A stretch of DNA of 63,710 nt, counting the filler, from Octopus bimaculoides (Eukaryota), in NCBI RefSeq assembly GCF_001194135.2. It is 5 parts of 5 records of this genome, joined end to end, with 100 filler letters (N's around TTAATTAATTAA, not from the genome) between each part and the next. Parts side by side here need not be neighbours in the genome. Positions count along the whole stretch, not along the records: positions 9,755 to 30,201 come from NC_068982.1; 4 more parts are not named here. One strand, 5' to 3'. The position numbers and the translations under genes are program-made. The stretch's first letter is position 1. Every line of letters starts with the position of its first letter. Under the pieces are notes generated by a model that was given only the letters and a program-made list of their open reading frames with translations, made no database searches and was not told where the DNA came from. Positions 10,909 through 23,914 of this stretch are shown here, in pieces.

Positions 10909-12680
10909 TACATACGTACATACTGATGCGATACAATATTCTTCGAGAAAAAAAACTTAGGCACGCCTCACTAGGACAAAAGTGCAGGAAGTAAAGGAAT
11001 AGAAAGTTACTTGAAACTTTCAGATATCAAAAAACAATAGTGGTGATGATGATGGTGACGAAAGGTACCTTAACTCAGTTTAAGAGTGATAGGAGTTTGC
11101 GTAGAAACTCTTGTTGTAACAGCGAAATTGATGCTTGATATTTAAGGGAAGGTCTCTCGCTCTGCAGTGGTTCAGTACAGATGCAAACTGTGATAGCTGT
11201 TAATCTAAGACAGCATCAGCAAATAATAGAATAAGGAGGAAGACGTGAACCAGCGAAGAAAACAAGATAGTGATGCAATGCTTCTTAGAAAGTGGATCTA
11301 AATGACGGGGCTACAGAAAACATGTTAACACTTTGGCAGGGCAGCTTGTTTAAAGTAATGAGCATAAACTAGTAGATCAAGCTACTGGTATTAGGAGAAG
11401 AAACTGCATGACGGAATTGGAGGTAGAAGAGATCAAACGAGGACTGGAAAAGGGAGACCAGCCAGTAGGAAAGACAAACAGCGTAAGTAATACATCTGAA
11501 ACGAAAAAAGAACCTAAAGAAAAAATAATAATATCACTACAAATAAGGAACTGACAACTGGCACCGGCAATTTATGTGATTTAAATGAGGATGATCAGAA
11601 GATCAGAACGTACCACAGACGGAAGCTGCTAGATATATCTAGGAAAGTAGATTGTGTTACTAGTAGGATAAATACTAAAAAAATATAGGAGACACTAACG
11701 TATTGATCTATGCAGGAGCAGTAGTAGTTATTAGAATATTAGATATTCCACAAGGAGACATTAGTAAAGAGCAAATGTGGAAAAGGAGATTGCAAAATGA
11801 AGTGAGGATTTTAAGATAAAGTCAGAGTAGAATTGAAGCCTGGAAACTGAGCAAGATAGAAAACACAATATTTGAATATCCTCTTCAGAAAATATACTTA
11901 ATCAAAGAAAAAATAGGATTTGCAACAGTAATAGAAAAGTTGAAGCAGCGTACCATAGCAGTAGAAGGCAACCTTTCCATATATCAGAAAAGAATAGATC
12001 AGTATCAACAGAATAGATTATTTGAAACAGACCAGACTAGCAATTATAGACCAATAACTTGCTTACTATTAGTGTGGAAGTTGTTAACAGGAATGCTTTC
12101 TGAAATCATTTACAAGAAACTTGACAACCAGAATTTAAAGGCAGAAGAACAGAAATGTTGCAGGAAGAAGGTTAGAGGGACGCAAGATTTAAAGCAGTTC
12201 TAGATGAAGCAAAACTAGAAGGAAATATCTAACAATAGCATGGATAGATTATAAGAAAACCAATGACATGTTTCCACATTCGTGGATATGTGGTTTTTTG
12301 AGTATAACAGATAACATAAGTGAATTAATTAGCTTTAGCATGAAGAAATGGAAAATAGATCTCTACACAGTTGACACCCTCTTGGAGAAAGTTAATATTA
12401 AGGGGACTCGTTATCCACTTTAATATCTGTCTTATATTTAACCCCCAGAGTTTAGTATTAAAGAAGACTAGTGCAAGGTATCAGTTTAGAAATAGTAAGG
12501 GAAAATTAACTATTTGTTCTACATGGATGATCTGAATCTTTTTAGTAAGAATGAAAAAGAAATAGATCCCTTAAAACAGACTGTAAGACACTTCATCAAG
12601 GTTATAGGCATAGAATTTGGAATAGATTAGTGTGCAATATATTTCATGAGAAGTGTACAGATAATCAGCAGTGAAGGTAT

Positions 12681-14811
12681 CCGAAGCGGTCTTTTAACGA
12701 AAGTAATAATAAGAAAAAAGACGAATTTTTACTGCCAAACAAAGCACATTGTCTCCTACGCACGATGTCTCAGTGAAACATGTGCGAAACACACACGCGT
12801 TTTAAACACCGGAAAATTTACAAATTATAAAATAGAAATGGAACAAAATAGTAAGTACACAAATTAAGTAATTACGCATATACTCGAATGTCTACGCAAT
12901 CATATATACATTTTGATACCCATACGACTACACATACATCTCAATGTTTACACAACTACCTGAAATTTACAGGATACACGCATATAAAAACACGTGTCAA
13001 AAGGAAGCAAAAACTAAAACAAAAACTTTTTCTTTTTACTTTCTTTTTGTAATTTTTATTTTCATTTTTCGAAGTAATACAGACAGAGTGAACCATTCAT
13101 AAGTTTTAAAACACTACAAAAAAAAAACTATGCACGGAAATAAATCTACCAACAAAAAAACAAAGACCCAAAATAGTTAGCCTTAAGTAGCTACGTAACG
13201 AACAGAGAACTCGGTGACGGTGTTGTCTCAAAAAATTGACCCTAAACAGACAAATCCGTCACCTAATATCAACGTCAAAGCTCGTCATGCTTCAATGATA
13301 AAAAAGCAAAATACAAACCAGATTAGTCGTCGAGCGGATTACAAAGGGCCACGTAATCGATATAGACCTGTTAGCCTTAAGAAGCTATGTTACGAGCAAT
13401 GTTTACATGCAGAGAACTCGAAGACGGTGTTGTCTCAAAATCTTAACCCTAAATAAATAGATCCGTCCCCTAATGTCAACGTCAAAGCTCCTCATGCCTC
13501 AATGATAACAAAGCAAATTACAAACCAAATTATTCGTCGACCGGATCATAAAGGGCCAGGTACTCGATATATATAGCCTTAAGAAACTACATTACGAGTA
13601 ATGTTTACATGCAGAGAACTTGGAGACGGTGTTGCCTCAAAAACTTAACCCTAAACAGACAGATCCGTCCTCTAATGTCAATGTCGAAGTTCGTCATGCA
13701 TCACTGTTATAGCAAAATACAAACCGGAATGGTCATCGATCGGGTTACAAAGGTCCACGTACTCGAATGCTGAATCATATTCGAGGCGAAAAATCAGCTA
13801 CTGGTCAGATCTTCCCGACAAACAGGAGCTGGAAGTACCCCACAACCGTAATATTCAAACAGATGCCGATCTATTCTCATCATCAAATAACCAAAAAAAA
13901 AAAGAATTAAAAATCGTCTAGCGAAGATAACGAAGTTCTACTATGACATATATTTCCCCACAAATAAATCTAATACTATACAAACCTACTTAAACTGGAG
14001 ACAGAAACACCTTGAAGTAAGACCCTACATAGAAAGTAACAAACTTGCCAACGTCAGAAGAAACATTATGAAAAAGATAATTACTAACTGAAGTAGAGAT
14101 TGACCAAATTAAACAAGCAGTAAGGGATAAAAAGAACGAAGCTGCAGCTAAAAAAGATACTACAGAGGAAATAATTATTGAGTTGCCCGGGACTGTTGAA
14201 AACGCAGTAATGATTGGAAGAGTTAATGTAACTGATATGCAAAGTAAAATACTCTCCGAACCAACCATAAACACTAAAACATGAAAATCAAATAGATGAA
14301 AGAATTCACACAAATATTGGCCCAACAGAACTGTATACTCACCGAGAATGAGAATTGAAAATCCTGTGGGATACAATGACCAAGTGCGATCAGCAGACCA
14401 GATATCGGAAACCGAACATTGTTGTGGTGAATAAAAAAGAAAGTACATGTATGATAATCGTCATAGTATGTCCCGGTGACAACAGGAACAATGTGAAAGA
14501 AGCCAAAAATAACAGGTATGACGATTTGAAATGGGAAGTACGAAGGTTTGTGGTCGATGAGGAGAGCAAACTTAATAACAAAAGTAATTGATGCACTTGG
14601 AAGTATCAGCACTCAACTACCAACATGGTTGAAAAAGATTGGTGCTCGTGTGAAGGCAGGACACCTATAAAAACCAGCATTGCTTGGAACTTCAAAAATT
14701 CCTCGCAGAGTTCTTGAAGCATGACCTGTAATCAAGTGTCACCTTAGTCTGCTGGCTATGGACAGCTGACTCTTTTCCATCATAACAAGAAAAATAAACT
14801 GTGAGTTTTTA

Positions 14812-14874
<63 letters not shown>
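12681..14874 (+). mobile_element. Nested, internally deleted R4/Dong-like element with (TAA)n tail
   Basis: Non-coding 5' part with a tandem array, an N-terminal ORF remnant (SNKLANVRRNIM…LTEVEIDQIK, about 14030-14115) joined to an RLE remnant (KILWDTMTKCDQ…RKPNIVVV…CPGD…ALLGTSKI.RRVLEA*), 3' UTR, then (TAA)n at 14812-14874. Confidence 0.75.
13175..13766 (+). repeat. Tandem array of about 205-bp units, about 2.9 copies
   Basis: The CAGAGAACT anchor recurs at 13203, 13410 and 13612 (periods 207 and 202), with colinear GACGGTGTTG.CTCAAAAA…CCCTAAA.A.A.A.ATCCGTC…CAAAGG.CCA.GTA.TCGA. Confidence 0.92.
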
Positions 14875-14875
<1 letters not shown>

Positions 14876-16035
14876 GAATTGCCAAACGGAAAGAGAATAG
14901 AAGACCTGGATGTTTATGGGTACAAGTACTTTGGGATCCTGAAGCTGCACTGTATCTTGCACAAAGATATGAAAGAAAAGATCATCACCGCATATTTTTA
15001 AAAGCCTCCTCAAATTTCTTATAATAGATCAAAACTCAACTCAAAGAACCTCGTGACTTCCATCAACATATGGGCTGTTGCTGTAGTCCACTAAAGTGTA
15101 CCCATCCCGAAATGGACACAAGCGGAGATTGACCCGCTCGATTGCACTACTCGAAAGAAAATAACAGTGCATGGTAGCTTCCACCCTGTGACAAATGTAC
15201 ACAGGCTCTACATGAAGAGGGGTAAAGGTGGATGCGGGATGATTAGCGCACGGGAATGCATCAACAGTGAAAAAGAAATATGGCAGAGTATTTGGTAAAC
15301 AGCAGGCAAGACCTGCTACAGTATGCTGCTAGTGCAGAAGGAGTTAACAAAATGGACTTGAGAGTGCAGCAAAAACCCTACACCGTATGGAATAACATGG
15401 TCAGTTCCACCGTGAAGCCAACAAATTAAAAGACCAGGAAGCATGATAGAGGCGGCGCCAGAAGAGTGACCTCAGAAAGAATACTGAAAGCCTAATTATT
15501 GCTGCCCAGGACCAGACATTGAATATCAACTCAGTAAAAAAGAATATATATACCACACACAAGTGCACGATGGACCTCTGTAGAATGTGTGGGAAGAGGG
15601 TCGAAAGCGTGACTAACACTATTAGTGCTTGTGAAAGTCTTGCGTAGAAAGAGTACAAGCGTAGACACGACAAGGTATCTCAAAACCTCCACTAGCTACA
15701 ATTAGGTTACTGGTGCTTGTTACCAACATACATCGGAAAAGGAAAGGACGGAAAGGGGAAGGCAAAAATTATCTGGGACTTTGACTTTCAGACAGACAAG
15801 GTGTTGGAGCACCGAAAGCTGGATGTAGTAACCTTTAGGAGGAACAAACAAGAGTGCCTAATAATTGACGTGGAAGTACCAGGAGGTCAACATATCTTCA
15901 TGAAAGGAAGAGAAAAGGTTGATAAATATGGAGATCTGAGAATTGAGATCGCTACGATGTGAAAGCTACGTGGGTCAAACATAAAGGTTATCCCTATTGT
16001 CATCGGAGCATTGGGTTTAATACCACCCAATCTGA

Positions 16036-16454
16036 AAAAAGAATCCACGAGGCTCCGGCAGGGGTTTGTGGTGAACTCTGCTGTACTCTTTCACCACGAC
16101 TTTCTCTCAGTCTTTCTTCCTGTATCTGTAGTACCTGTATATCAAAGGGACCAGCCTTGTTACACTGTGTGTCATGCTGAATCTCCCCGGAGAACTACGT
16201 TAAGGGTACACGTGTCTGTGGAGTGCTCAGCAACTTACATTTTAATAAATGAGCTGCGACGTCACTGGTTGCAAGCTGTATCGGCCCCTTTGTCTTTCCC
16301 TTGGATGACATCGGTGGCGGGGAGATGGGAGGCTGGCATGCATGGGCGACTGATGGTCTTCCATAAACAACCTTGATCAGACTTGTGTCTCAGGGGGTAA
16401 CTTTCTAGGTGAATGACCAACTCATGGTCATACATGACCGAATGGAATCGCAAC

Positions 16455-16460
<6 letters not shown>
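16036..16460 (+). mobile_element. SINE-like repeat sharing the family E central segment
   Basis: 16140-16240 matches 4380-4480 (reverse complement) and 49960-50060. It truncates the 3' end of the Dong-like ORF. Confidence 0.65.
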
Positions 16461-16530
<70 letters not shown>

Positions 16531-17299
16531 CTGTATACGCTTGTACTCGTTTATCCACACATACACACTCATCCACATACGTACACACATTCTCGAAGTA
16601 GTTTCATTTATGTATATTGTATAAGAAGTACCTTCTGTATGTTGTAATTGGGAAATAAGTATATTATGAGTTACCAGTTTTCGTTATTTAATAACATAGA
16701 CGATCTATTGCTGATGTAAACAAAGGCAAAATCTGATAAAACATTAGATAATTATTGCTGTGTTTCTGTTTGAAAACTTTTAATGAGGTCTGTCTTAATA
16801 TTCTAAATGTAAGTTGTGAAACATTACTTAAACTAAAAGTTTATCTTGCAGAAAATCTAATTTTTCATTTTTTATGTCTCCTTTTGCTATGTGAAATAAA
16901 AATCAATCAACATTTTAAGCACCTTTCCTGTTTATATTTCGGTTAATTGTGCCGAAATTAAACGCACCTAATATTTTTGAAGTGTATCGTAATCATAGCT
17001 CGGTTCGAGTTTTATGCTTTGTTTCAAGAAATGGGAGGAAATAAGGAGGTTTCTCTTCCATGTCACTTCCAAGAAAACTTGTTGGGTAACCGAAGGTAAA
17101 TATTCGGCAGACAAAGTTATGTTTCAGAAGATTGCATCATAAAAATATCCAGTAAATGCTTCCACTGATGAGGCAATGGTGTTAAATGGATTGGGAGAGG
17201 GAAGAGATATTAGTTACATAAATCCAAGACATGAATGTTCCTTCTCGTGTCTTCTGCATTATCCCCGTATAACAAATTATTATTTATATTTTTTTTAGT

Positions 17300-17399
17300 T
17301 TTGGTACTTATTTTATCGGTTTTTATTCTCCAAACTTATAACTAAGAGAGAGGCAAAAAAACCAGCACCGGCCGTCTAGCACTGATTTAGACACACACA

Positions 17400-17433
<34 letters not shown>

Positions 17434-17600
17434 TGCACACACACGCGCGCGACGGACTTGTACACTGTTTCTATCAATCTCACTCAAAAGATATTGGTTA
17501 ACCCGATATTACAGTAGAAGACAATTGCCCATTGTGTTGTGCAGTGGAGCTGAATAAAAACTACTTAGTTGAAAAAGCAATCTTCTTAATCACACAGCGA
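17300..17600 (-). mobile_element. Old, diverged family A SINE (head, internal (CA)n, tail)
   Basis: Head remnant at 17450-17600, microsatellite at 17391-17450, and tail remnant GGTACTTATTTTATCGG…AAACCAGCACCGG at 17300-17385. Confidence 0.6.
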
Positions 17601-17879
17601 TGTCTATGCATACGATAGAGCCAATTATTATTGGTTGTCTATTGGCAGAATCGTTGGAGCACCATATGACTTCTTTGAAATAATTAGCTTCCAGTTTTTG
17701 ACAGTCTTAGTTAAAATTTCAACGTAGTTAATTACTGTTATCCTTCTAAGTTCGATAAAATGAAATATCAGTGAAATACTGTTCCCTATAAAGTGATAGT
17801 TTCGTATGGACATTTCAAAAATAGATAAGATAGATGGATTAGCAATGTCGTTAAAACGTCGGACAATATGTCTTGTAAT

Positions 17880-18150
17880 ATTTATTCTGAGTCCTCACGT
17901 ATTTTCGATTAAAACTTGCCGGTTTCAAATTCTCCTTTCACTTCGCTAAGGCTAATACATTATGTACCATTGAAATTATTGATTTGTTGTAATAGCTTAT
18001 ATTCCGTCTCCAAAACGCCGAGCGCATTTCTTCAGGCACTTTACGCCCTGCCTTCTAATACGACTGAGGTCAATTTTGTCTTTCGTCATTTCGTTATTCA
18101 AAGAACAGAGGGTGAGTTACTTATTAGGATCGATGTATTGGGCTAGCCCA
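17880..18150 (+). mobile_element. Diverged SINE family B remnants
   Basis: TTCAAATTC and GAGGTCAATTTTGTCTTTCGTC motifs. Confidence 0.45.
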
Positions 18151-19075
18151 TTTTTCCTTTTATTAATTGTAAAGCGAGGGAAATGTGTCGTAGTTACTTG
18201 GGCTACATGCCTCATAAAACTCAGTAAATCAAACGACATGGTTTTGTGGTAATAGGTAACAAACGTAATACTTTTTCATATATGTTTTAATTAATAAAGC
18301 AATACATTAAAAGCTTTTTAATTAATTGAGAATTGATTCTTAGATGTAGAAATATAATGAAATACCAAACAATTGTGAAGGGCTAGGATGTAAAATAGTG
18401 ATAAATTTAAAACATTTGGAAATCATCTAACAAAATATATTTACATCGTTAGAGTAAAGAATGCCTAATCACTATTGGCAGGTTAATCCTAGCTATGTTT
18501 TTCTTCCTTTCATTCTTTTTTGGTCTGCTAGCTTTTATTAGCAGCGTAGAGTCTGAGAAAGCTTGGTGACCAGTTAACCTACATTCTTACATATGGAAAA
18601 TTAGTTACGAATAGTATAATATTTTAACTGCATTTAGTCAATGTCTAAGAACGAATATTTCATATTTTCTGTCCTATTATACAGATTTTTTTCTCGTCAG
18701 GGGTTTAAACGATCTGAATTTCCAATTTAATCAATAGAAATAAATATTACACGTTACACTATTTTCTCCTTTTCTTTCAATTTTGGTGAGGGGGGTGGGG
18801 TGGTAATAATGTGCAGAATGATGTACATTCCACGTAAGCAGACATTGTGATACGATCTCATCATTTACATTACATTGTCAATGCTTTGTAGATAAGTATG
18901 ATTACTTTAATATTCCAATACCCACTTCACGTTAAATGTATATGAGTTTTATGTAATTTAAAAGGAAGTAATATTTTCCGTTTCTTATGTCGTTTCAAAT
19001 TTCATTTTTTTTATTACGACAAGAAAATATACTACTTTACTGATTAAATATACATATGTGTGTGTATGTGTGTGT

Positions 19076-19153
<78 letters not shown>

Positions 19154-19559
19154 NNNNNNNNNNNNNNNNNNNNNNNNNNNNNNNNNNNNNNNNNNNNNNN
19201 NNNNNNNNNNNNNNNNNNNNNNNNNNNNNNNNNNNNNNNNNNNNNNNNNNNNNNNNNNNNNNNNNNNNNNNNNNNNNNNNNNNNNNNNNNNNNNNNNNNN
19301 NNNNNNNNNNNNNNNNNNNNNNNNNNNNNNNNNNNNNNNNNNNNNNNNNNNNNNNNNNNNNNNNNNNNNNNNNNNNNNNNNNNNNNNNNNNNNNNNNNNN
19401 NNNNNNNNNNNNNNNNNNNNNNNNNNNNNNNNNNNNNNNNNNNNNNNNNNNNNNNNNNNNNNNNNNNNNNNNNNNNNNNNNNNNNNNNNNNNNNNNNNNN
19501 NNNNNNNNNNNNNNNNNNNNNNNNNNNNNNNNNNNNNNNNNNNNNNNNNNNNNNNNNNN

Positions 19560-19609
<50 letters not shown>

Positions 19610-19954
19610 CTCTATCTATCTATCTAAATGTACGTGTTTCTGTATGTTTGTATGGACACGCCAACAGAAAGAAATATGCCAGTAAACTTTATATGAACTA
19701 TACGTTTATATCTATATACCTAAATGATATATATGCATAATATGTGTGTGTGTCGGTGTGTGTGTGTGCGTGTCTATGTGTAATACAAGTAACAGGAAAT
19801 ATACTTTAACACATCTTTAATGATCAGTTACAATTGTTTCTGTACCAACTCTGTTTTGAACGCCAGTTTATGCAAAAGTTGTAAGTGAACTTTTATGCAA
19901 TATGTACTGTTTTAAACATTAGACTTGCATCAAAGTTGCGTTCTTACATGGTGC

Positions 19955-20095
19955 CAATTGCGTGGCTATGTACTAGAGAGTTTTTCCCCCAGGCACTAGG
20001 TTCCGGGTTCTGTCCTACTGTCTGGTACCCTGGGCAAGTACCTTCTACTATGGCCTCTGGCCGATGAAAGCATTTTAAGTGAACTCGGTAGACAT
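19955..20095 (+). mobile_element. Diverged family A SINE head
   Basis: GGTTCCGGGTTCTGTCC…CCCTGGGCAAGTACCTTCTACTATGGCC. Confidence 0.6.
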
Positions 20096-20324
20096 GATTT
20101 TATACTGAGACATAGTTTCCCTTATCATTGGAACTGTATGATCTTACTACTATGGTAGAGAGTGAAATGTGTTACCCTTTATAATGCTCAATCCACAAAA
20201 TGTATTTCTAAGAGTAGATACAAATAATGCAACCCGTACACTGAAATAATAACAATAATTTTACAATTTCATTTCGTATTTCCGATAGTGGCGCTATTCT
20301 TTAGCAATAAAACTAATAATACTT

Positions 20325-20532
20325 TCTACTGTAGGCACAAGGCCTCAAATTTATGGGCAGGTTACTAGTCGATCACATCGACCCCAGTGTTTCACTGATA
20401 TTTAACTTAATGACTTCGAAAGGATAAAAGGCACAGTCGATCTCGGCGGAAGTTGAACTCAGAACGTAGCGACGGGCGGAATACCGCCAAGCATTTCGTC
20501 CACCGTGCTAACGATTCTGCCAGCACGCCGCC
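20325..20532 (-). mobile_element. SINE family B
   Basis: The reverse complement is colinear with 6852-7062. Confidence 0.8.
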
Positions 20533-20577
20533 CTCGTTATGAAATCATAACATCGAAAAGAATAGCATTTACAATGT

Positions 20578-20645
20578 AGCTCATGGATCAGTGGTTAGAA
20601 CGTCGGGCTCATAATCATGAGATAGTGAATTCGATTCCCGGACGG
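20578..20645 (+). mobile_element. tRNA-Met-like SINE head (not a functional tRNA)
   Basis: TCAGTGGTTAGA A box, CTCATAA anticodon-loop-like heptamer and ATTCGATTCC B box. No proper acceptor stem. Confidence 0.55.
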
Positions 20646-21265
20646 GTGGAATTTGAACCCAGAATGTAGCGACGGGTGAAATACCGCTAAGCATTTCCTC
20701 CAGCAATGCTTATAGTAAATACCGTCCTGTTTGACATGTTCGTTTTACTGTTCGGCTTGGAAAGAATAATAACTTTGAAGATGATATTAACAGTTACTAT
20801 TTATTGCTGTTGTTCTTCAGTCCTGGGCCAGTCCTGACTGACCCGACCTATAATCAAAGATATTTAATCCATGCAAATCTCATTCCTTTAAAGATATATA
20901 GAAAGGTGTACATTATCCAAGCTGTCCTTTCCCAGAAGATTGGGGTGCTATTTGAGGGAAAATTGATTGCTATTTCTAATAGACCGTACGACCACCTAGT
21001 GGCTTCACTGTAGTTATAACTAATGGTGTCGCTGATAATATTGAATGCTACATGAAATACGATACACGAGTGAAGCTAATGAATGCAATTCGTGCCAAAA
21101 CAATTCAAAGTGTAAACAAACATTTATCTTGTAATGGAGGCGATGAATCAATTCCCTCTCGTTCTCATCTTTTAATACATATTAAATGAGAGCAGTGACA
21201 CCACCACCACCGCCACTACAACCACTACTCTTCCTCCTTCCTCGTAGCTGCTGCTGCTGCTGCTG

Positions 21266-21336
<71 letters not shown>

Positions 21337-21663
21337 GCTACTTCGAAGACCGTCCTCCACCATTCGCTAATTCCATCACACCATCCAACGGGAAACATCT
21401 AGGTGGACTCCCTATCTCCTCATTATATCAGCTCATTCACATCCTACGCTACCATCTTTTATTATTGTTCCCAACGCACCAATTACTATAGGTACGACCT
21501 TTACTTTGTTCATGCTCCAAATTCTACCTATTTCAAATTTTAAAGGATTGTATTTTTTTAATTTTCTTCCTCTTTCTTTACGATCCTGGAATCAAGCGGT
21601 CATGATGGGTCGCTTAGTAAGTAATTATTATTGTTGTTGTTTTAGATATTGTTGTTGTTGTTG

Positions 21664-21713
<50 letters not shown>

Positions 21714-21721
21714 TGTTAATA

Positions 21722-21880
21722 TTATCAGTTTTTACGTTCGCTGTTCAAATTTCGCCGAGGTCGACCTTGCTTTTCATCATTTCGGAGTCGATAAAAAGAA
21801 GTACCAGTTGCGCAGTGGGTTCCATGTAATCTTCATATCCCACTCCCCAAACTGGATGGCCTTGTGCTAAAATTTGAAAT
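21722..21880 (+). mobile_element. 5'-truncated SINE family B between (TTA)n and (TAA)n tracts
   Basis: TTCAAATTTCGCCGAGGTCGACCTTGCTTTTCATC core. Confidence 0.8.
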
Positions 21881-21881
21881 G

Positions 21882-21940
<59 letters not shown>

Positions 21941-22320
21941 TGGTTCCGACTAACTGGTCGTAAGTCGGCCTATAGGCCTACATGGTTGTGTTTTATATTT
22001 TTTCATTCTGAAGGTACATTCTCAGGTAAAATTCACACACAGTATTCTGCGTTATACTATTAAACTGGCGTTAGTCAAACATTTCGGAGTCTCAAGCAGT
22101 CGTTTGATAAACAAATAAGAAGTTACCTCGATGTCTCCGCGACGGGATAGTTATCCAACAGTTGGGATAACACAGTGGCGATCGATAACCAAACCTAGCG
22201 GAAGCCTTTGTTAGCTGACGTCATCCATAGTTGGGTTAATTTCAAAGAAATTAAACCCATTATATTTTAGCTGGATTATTTATTATTGCTACAGGGAGAT
22301 GGCGTGTCAATCGTCGTAAA

Positions 22321-22416
22321 GTCGATCGTTCGTAAGTCGATCGTTCGTAAGTCGATCGTTCGTAAGTCGATCGTTCGTAAGTCGATCGTTCCTAAGTCGA
22401 TCGTTCGTAAGTCGAT
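22321..22416. repeat. 15-bp minisatellite (GTCGATCGTTCGTAA) x6.4
   Basis: Six full units with a single substitution in unit 5. Confidence 0.97.
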
Positions 22417-22917
22417 GATGACCTGTATTACTATTGTTGCTTTTGTTATTGTTGTTATGCTTATTGACAGCGAATTGTCTGAAAAGCTCTATACATTTTG
22501 AGTTCCAATCCGACCGTGATCAAGTTTAAGTCAACTCCCTCAGGAGGTGACAAAATATATTACCAGTGAAGCACTCAGTAGTTTTAATTGAATTGGCCCC
22601 TAACGAAACTTTCTGGCGTGGAAAAAAATATTGGTCTTGGACCAGCAAGCAGTGCTGTTGGAGCTTTAAAAAAATGACTTGAGATACTTCTTCTTAGCCC
22701 CTACTGCACATAGAGACTACATCTCTATCTATGCAGACAATCCAAACTAGCACCACCGAATTTAAAACAAGCACCACCAAACACACAAGGTAATGCTATT
22801 GTCTCAAATGTGTTATTTTCCCGATAACCGGTGGCAGACAAACCGCACTGCCGCATGTAAAATCAAACTGAACGAACTGATGTCAGTCCCTTAAACATAC
22901 TGCAACTTCTAGATACA

Positions 22918-23333
22918 TTTCTTTTATTAGCCACACAGGGCTCAACGAAGATGGGACAAATACAATGTAGAGCTTTTCTTTTTGGGAGGAGGAAGAAAAA
23001 AAAAAGGGGGAGGGGGTCGATCAAAAGGGATCGTAGGAAGGAAAAGGGGGTAGTTCGATCAAAAGGGATCGAAAAAAAAAGAAAAGGAAAGGCCGATCAA
23101 TAGGGATCGTGTATCACACAGTAATGTTCTCGTGTAAAAAGAGGGGAGGACAGTTTAGGTTTAGCCGTGGAAGGAAAAGTCCACGGAAAAGACCACGGTA
23201 ACCTTGGTCAATATTCTCATTGAAGAAACTATAACAGTAAGTGACTCTCTTTTGCCTTTTTGTTTTATTTTTATTTTTTCTTGTTCATAGGGTTATGCTC
23301 AAGATGGCTCCGTCGTTCACACGTGCCATCCTT
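22918..23333 (-). mobile_element. 3' end of a Tx1/L1-like LINE (ORF2 C-terminus and 3' UTR); runs into a gap
   Basis: The minus strand reads RMARVNDGAILSITL*, then a pyrimidine-rich UTR ending GAGCCCTGTGTGGCTAATAAAAG. Confidence 0.65.
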
Positions 23334-23831
23334 NNNNNNNNNNNNNNNNNNNNNNNNNNNNNNNNNNNNNNNNNNNNNNNNNNNNNNNNNNNNNNNNNNN
23401 NNNNNNNNNNNNNNNNNNNNNNNNNNNNNNNNNNNNNNNNNNNNNNNNNNNNNNNNNNNNNNNNNNNNNNNNNNNNNNNNNNNNNNNNNNNNNNNNNNNN
23501 NNNNNNNNNNNNNNNNNNNNNNNNNNNNNNNNNNNNNNNNNNNNNNNNNNNNNNNNNNNNNNNNNNNNNNNNNNNNNNNNNNNNNNNNNNNNNNNNNNNN
23601 NNNNNNNNNNNNCCAACCACATTCTGGTACCTAAGAGCAAAGAAATAATTGCACCTAAGAAATAAGTCCACAAAGAAATAATTTCACGAAGAAATAAGTC
23701 CACCTAAAAGCAAAGAAATAATTCATGCCTCATTAGGACAAATAACACCACTTGGCCAGAGTTGACCAAGAGAAGCTAACACCTGGAGACCATCTTGAAT
23801 TTCGTCTCATTTCCTGCCACTCTCTCTCTCT

Positions 23832-23879
<48 letters not shown>

Positions 23880-23914
23880 GTATGTGTGTGCGTGTTCATG
23901 TGAGTTTATATATT

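Larger units (their letters stand above)
10910..16040 (+). mobile_element. Degenerate R4/Dong-clade retrotransposon, split by a nested insertion at 12681-14874
   Basis: N-terminal KLVDQ…TELEVEEIKR (about 11365-11440), NYRPITCLL..WKLLTG (12043), WIDYKK, YMDD (12520-12531) and FGID-CA…SSEGI (to 12680). It resumes IELPNG…GYKYFGIL (14873 on), then SKLNSKNL…INIWAV, RLYMKRGKGG, a degenerate CCHC knuckle (15579-15632), RHDKV, IIWDF..QTDK and IIDVEVP…EKVDKY…VIPIVIGALG. Confidence 0.85.

Noticed and set aside
13175-13766. CRISPR-like or other spacer-containing array (also considered for 22321, 36612, 57318, 59721)
   Set aside because: The units are contiguous tandem copies without unique spacers, in a eukaryotic context.
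20578-20645. Functional tRNA-Met gene
   Set aside because: No acceptor stem, poor anticodon-stem pairing, and embedded among SINE fragments.
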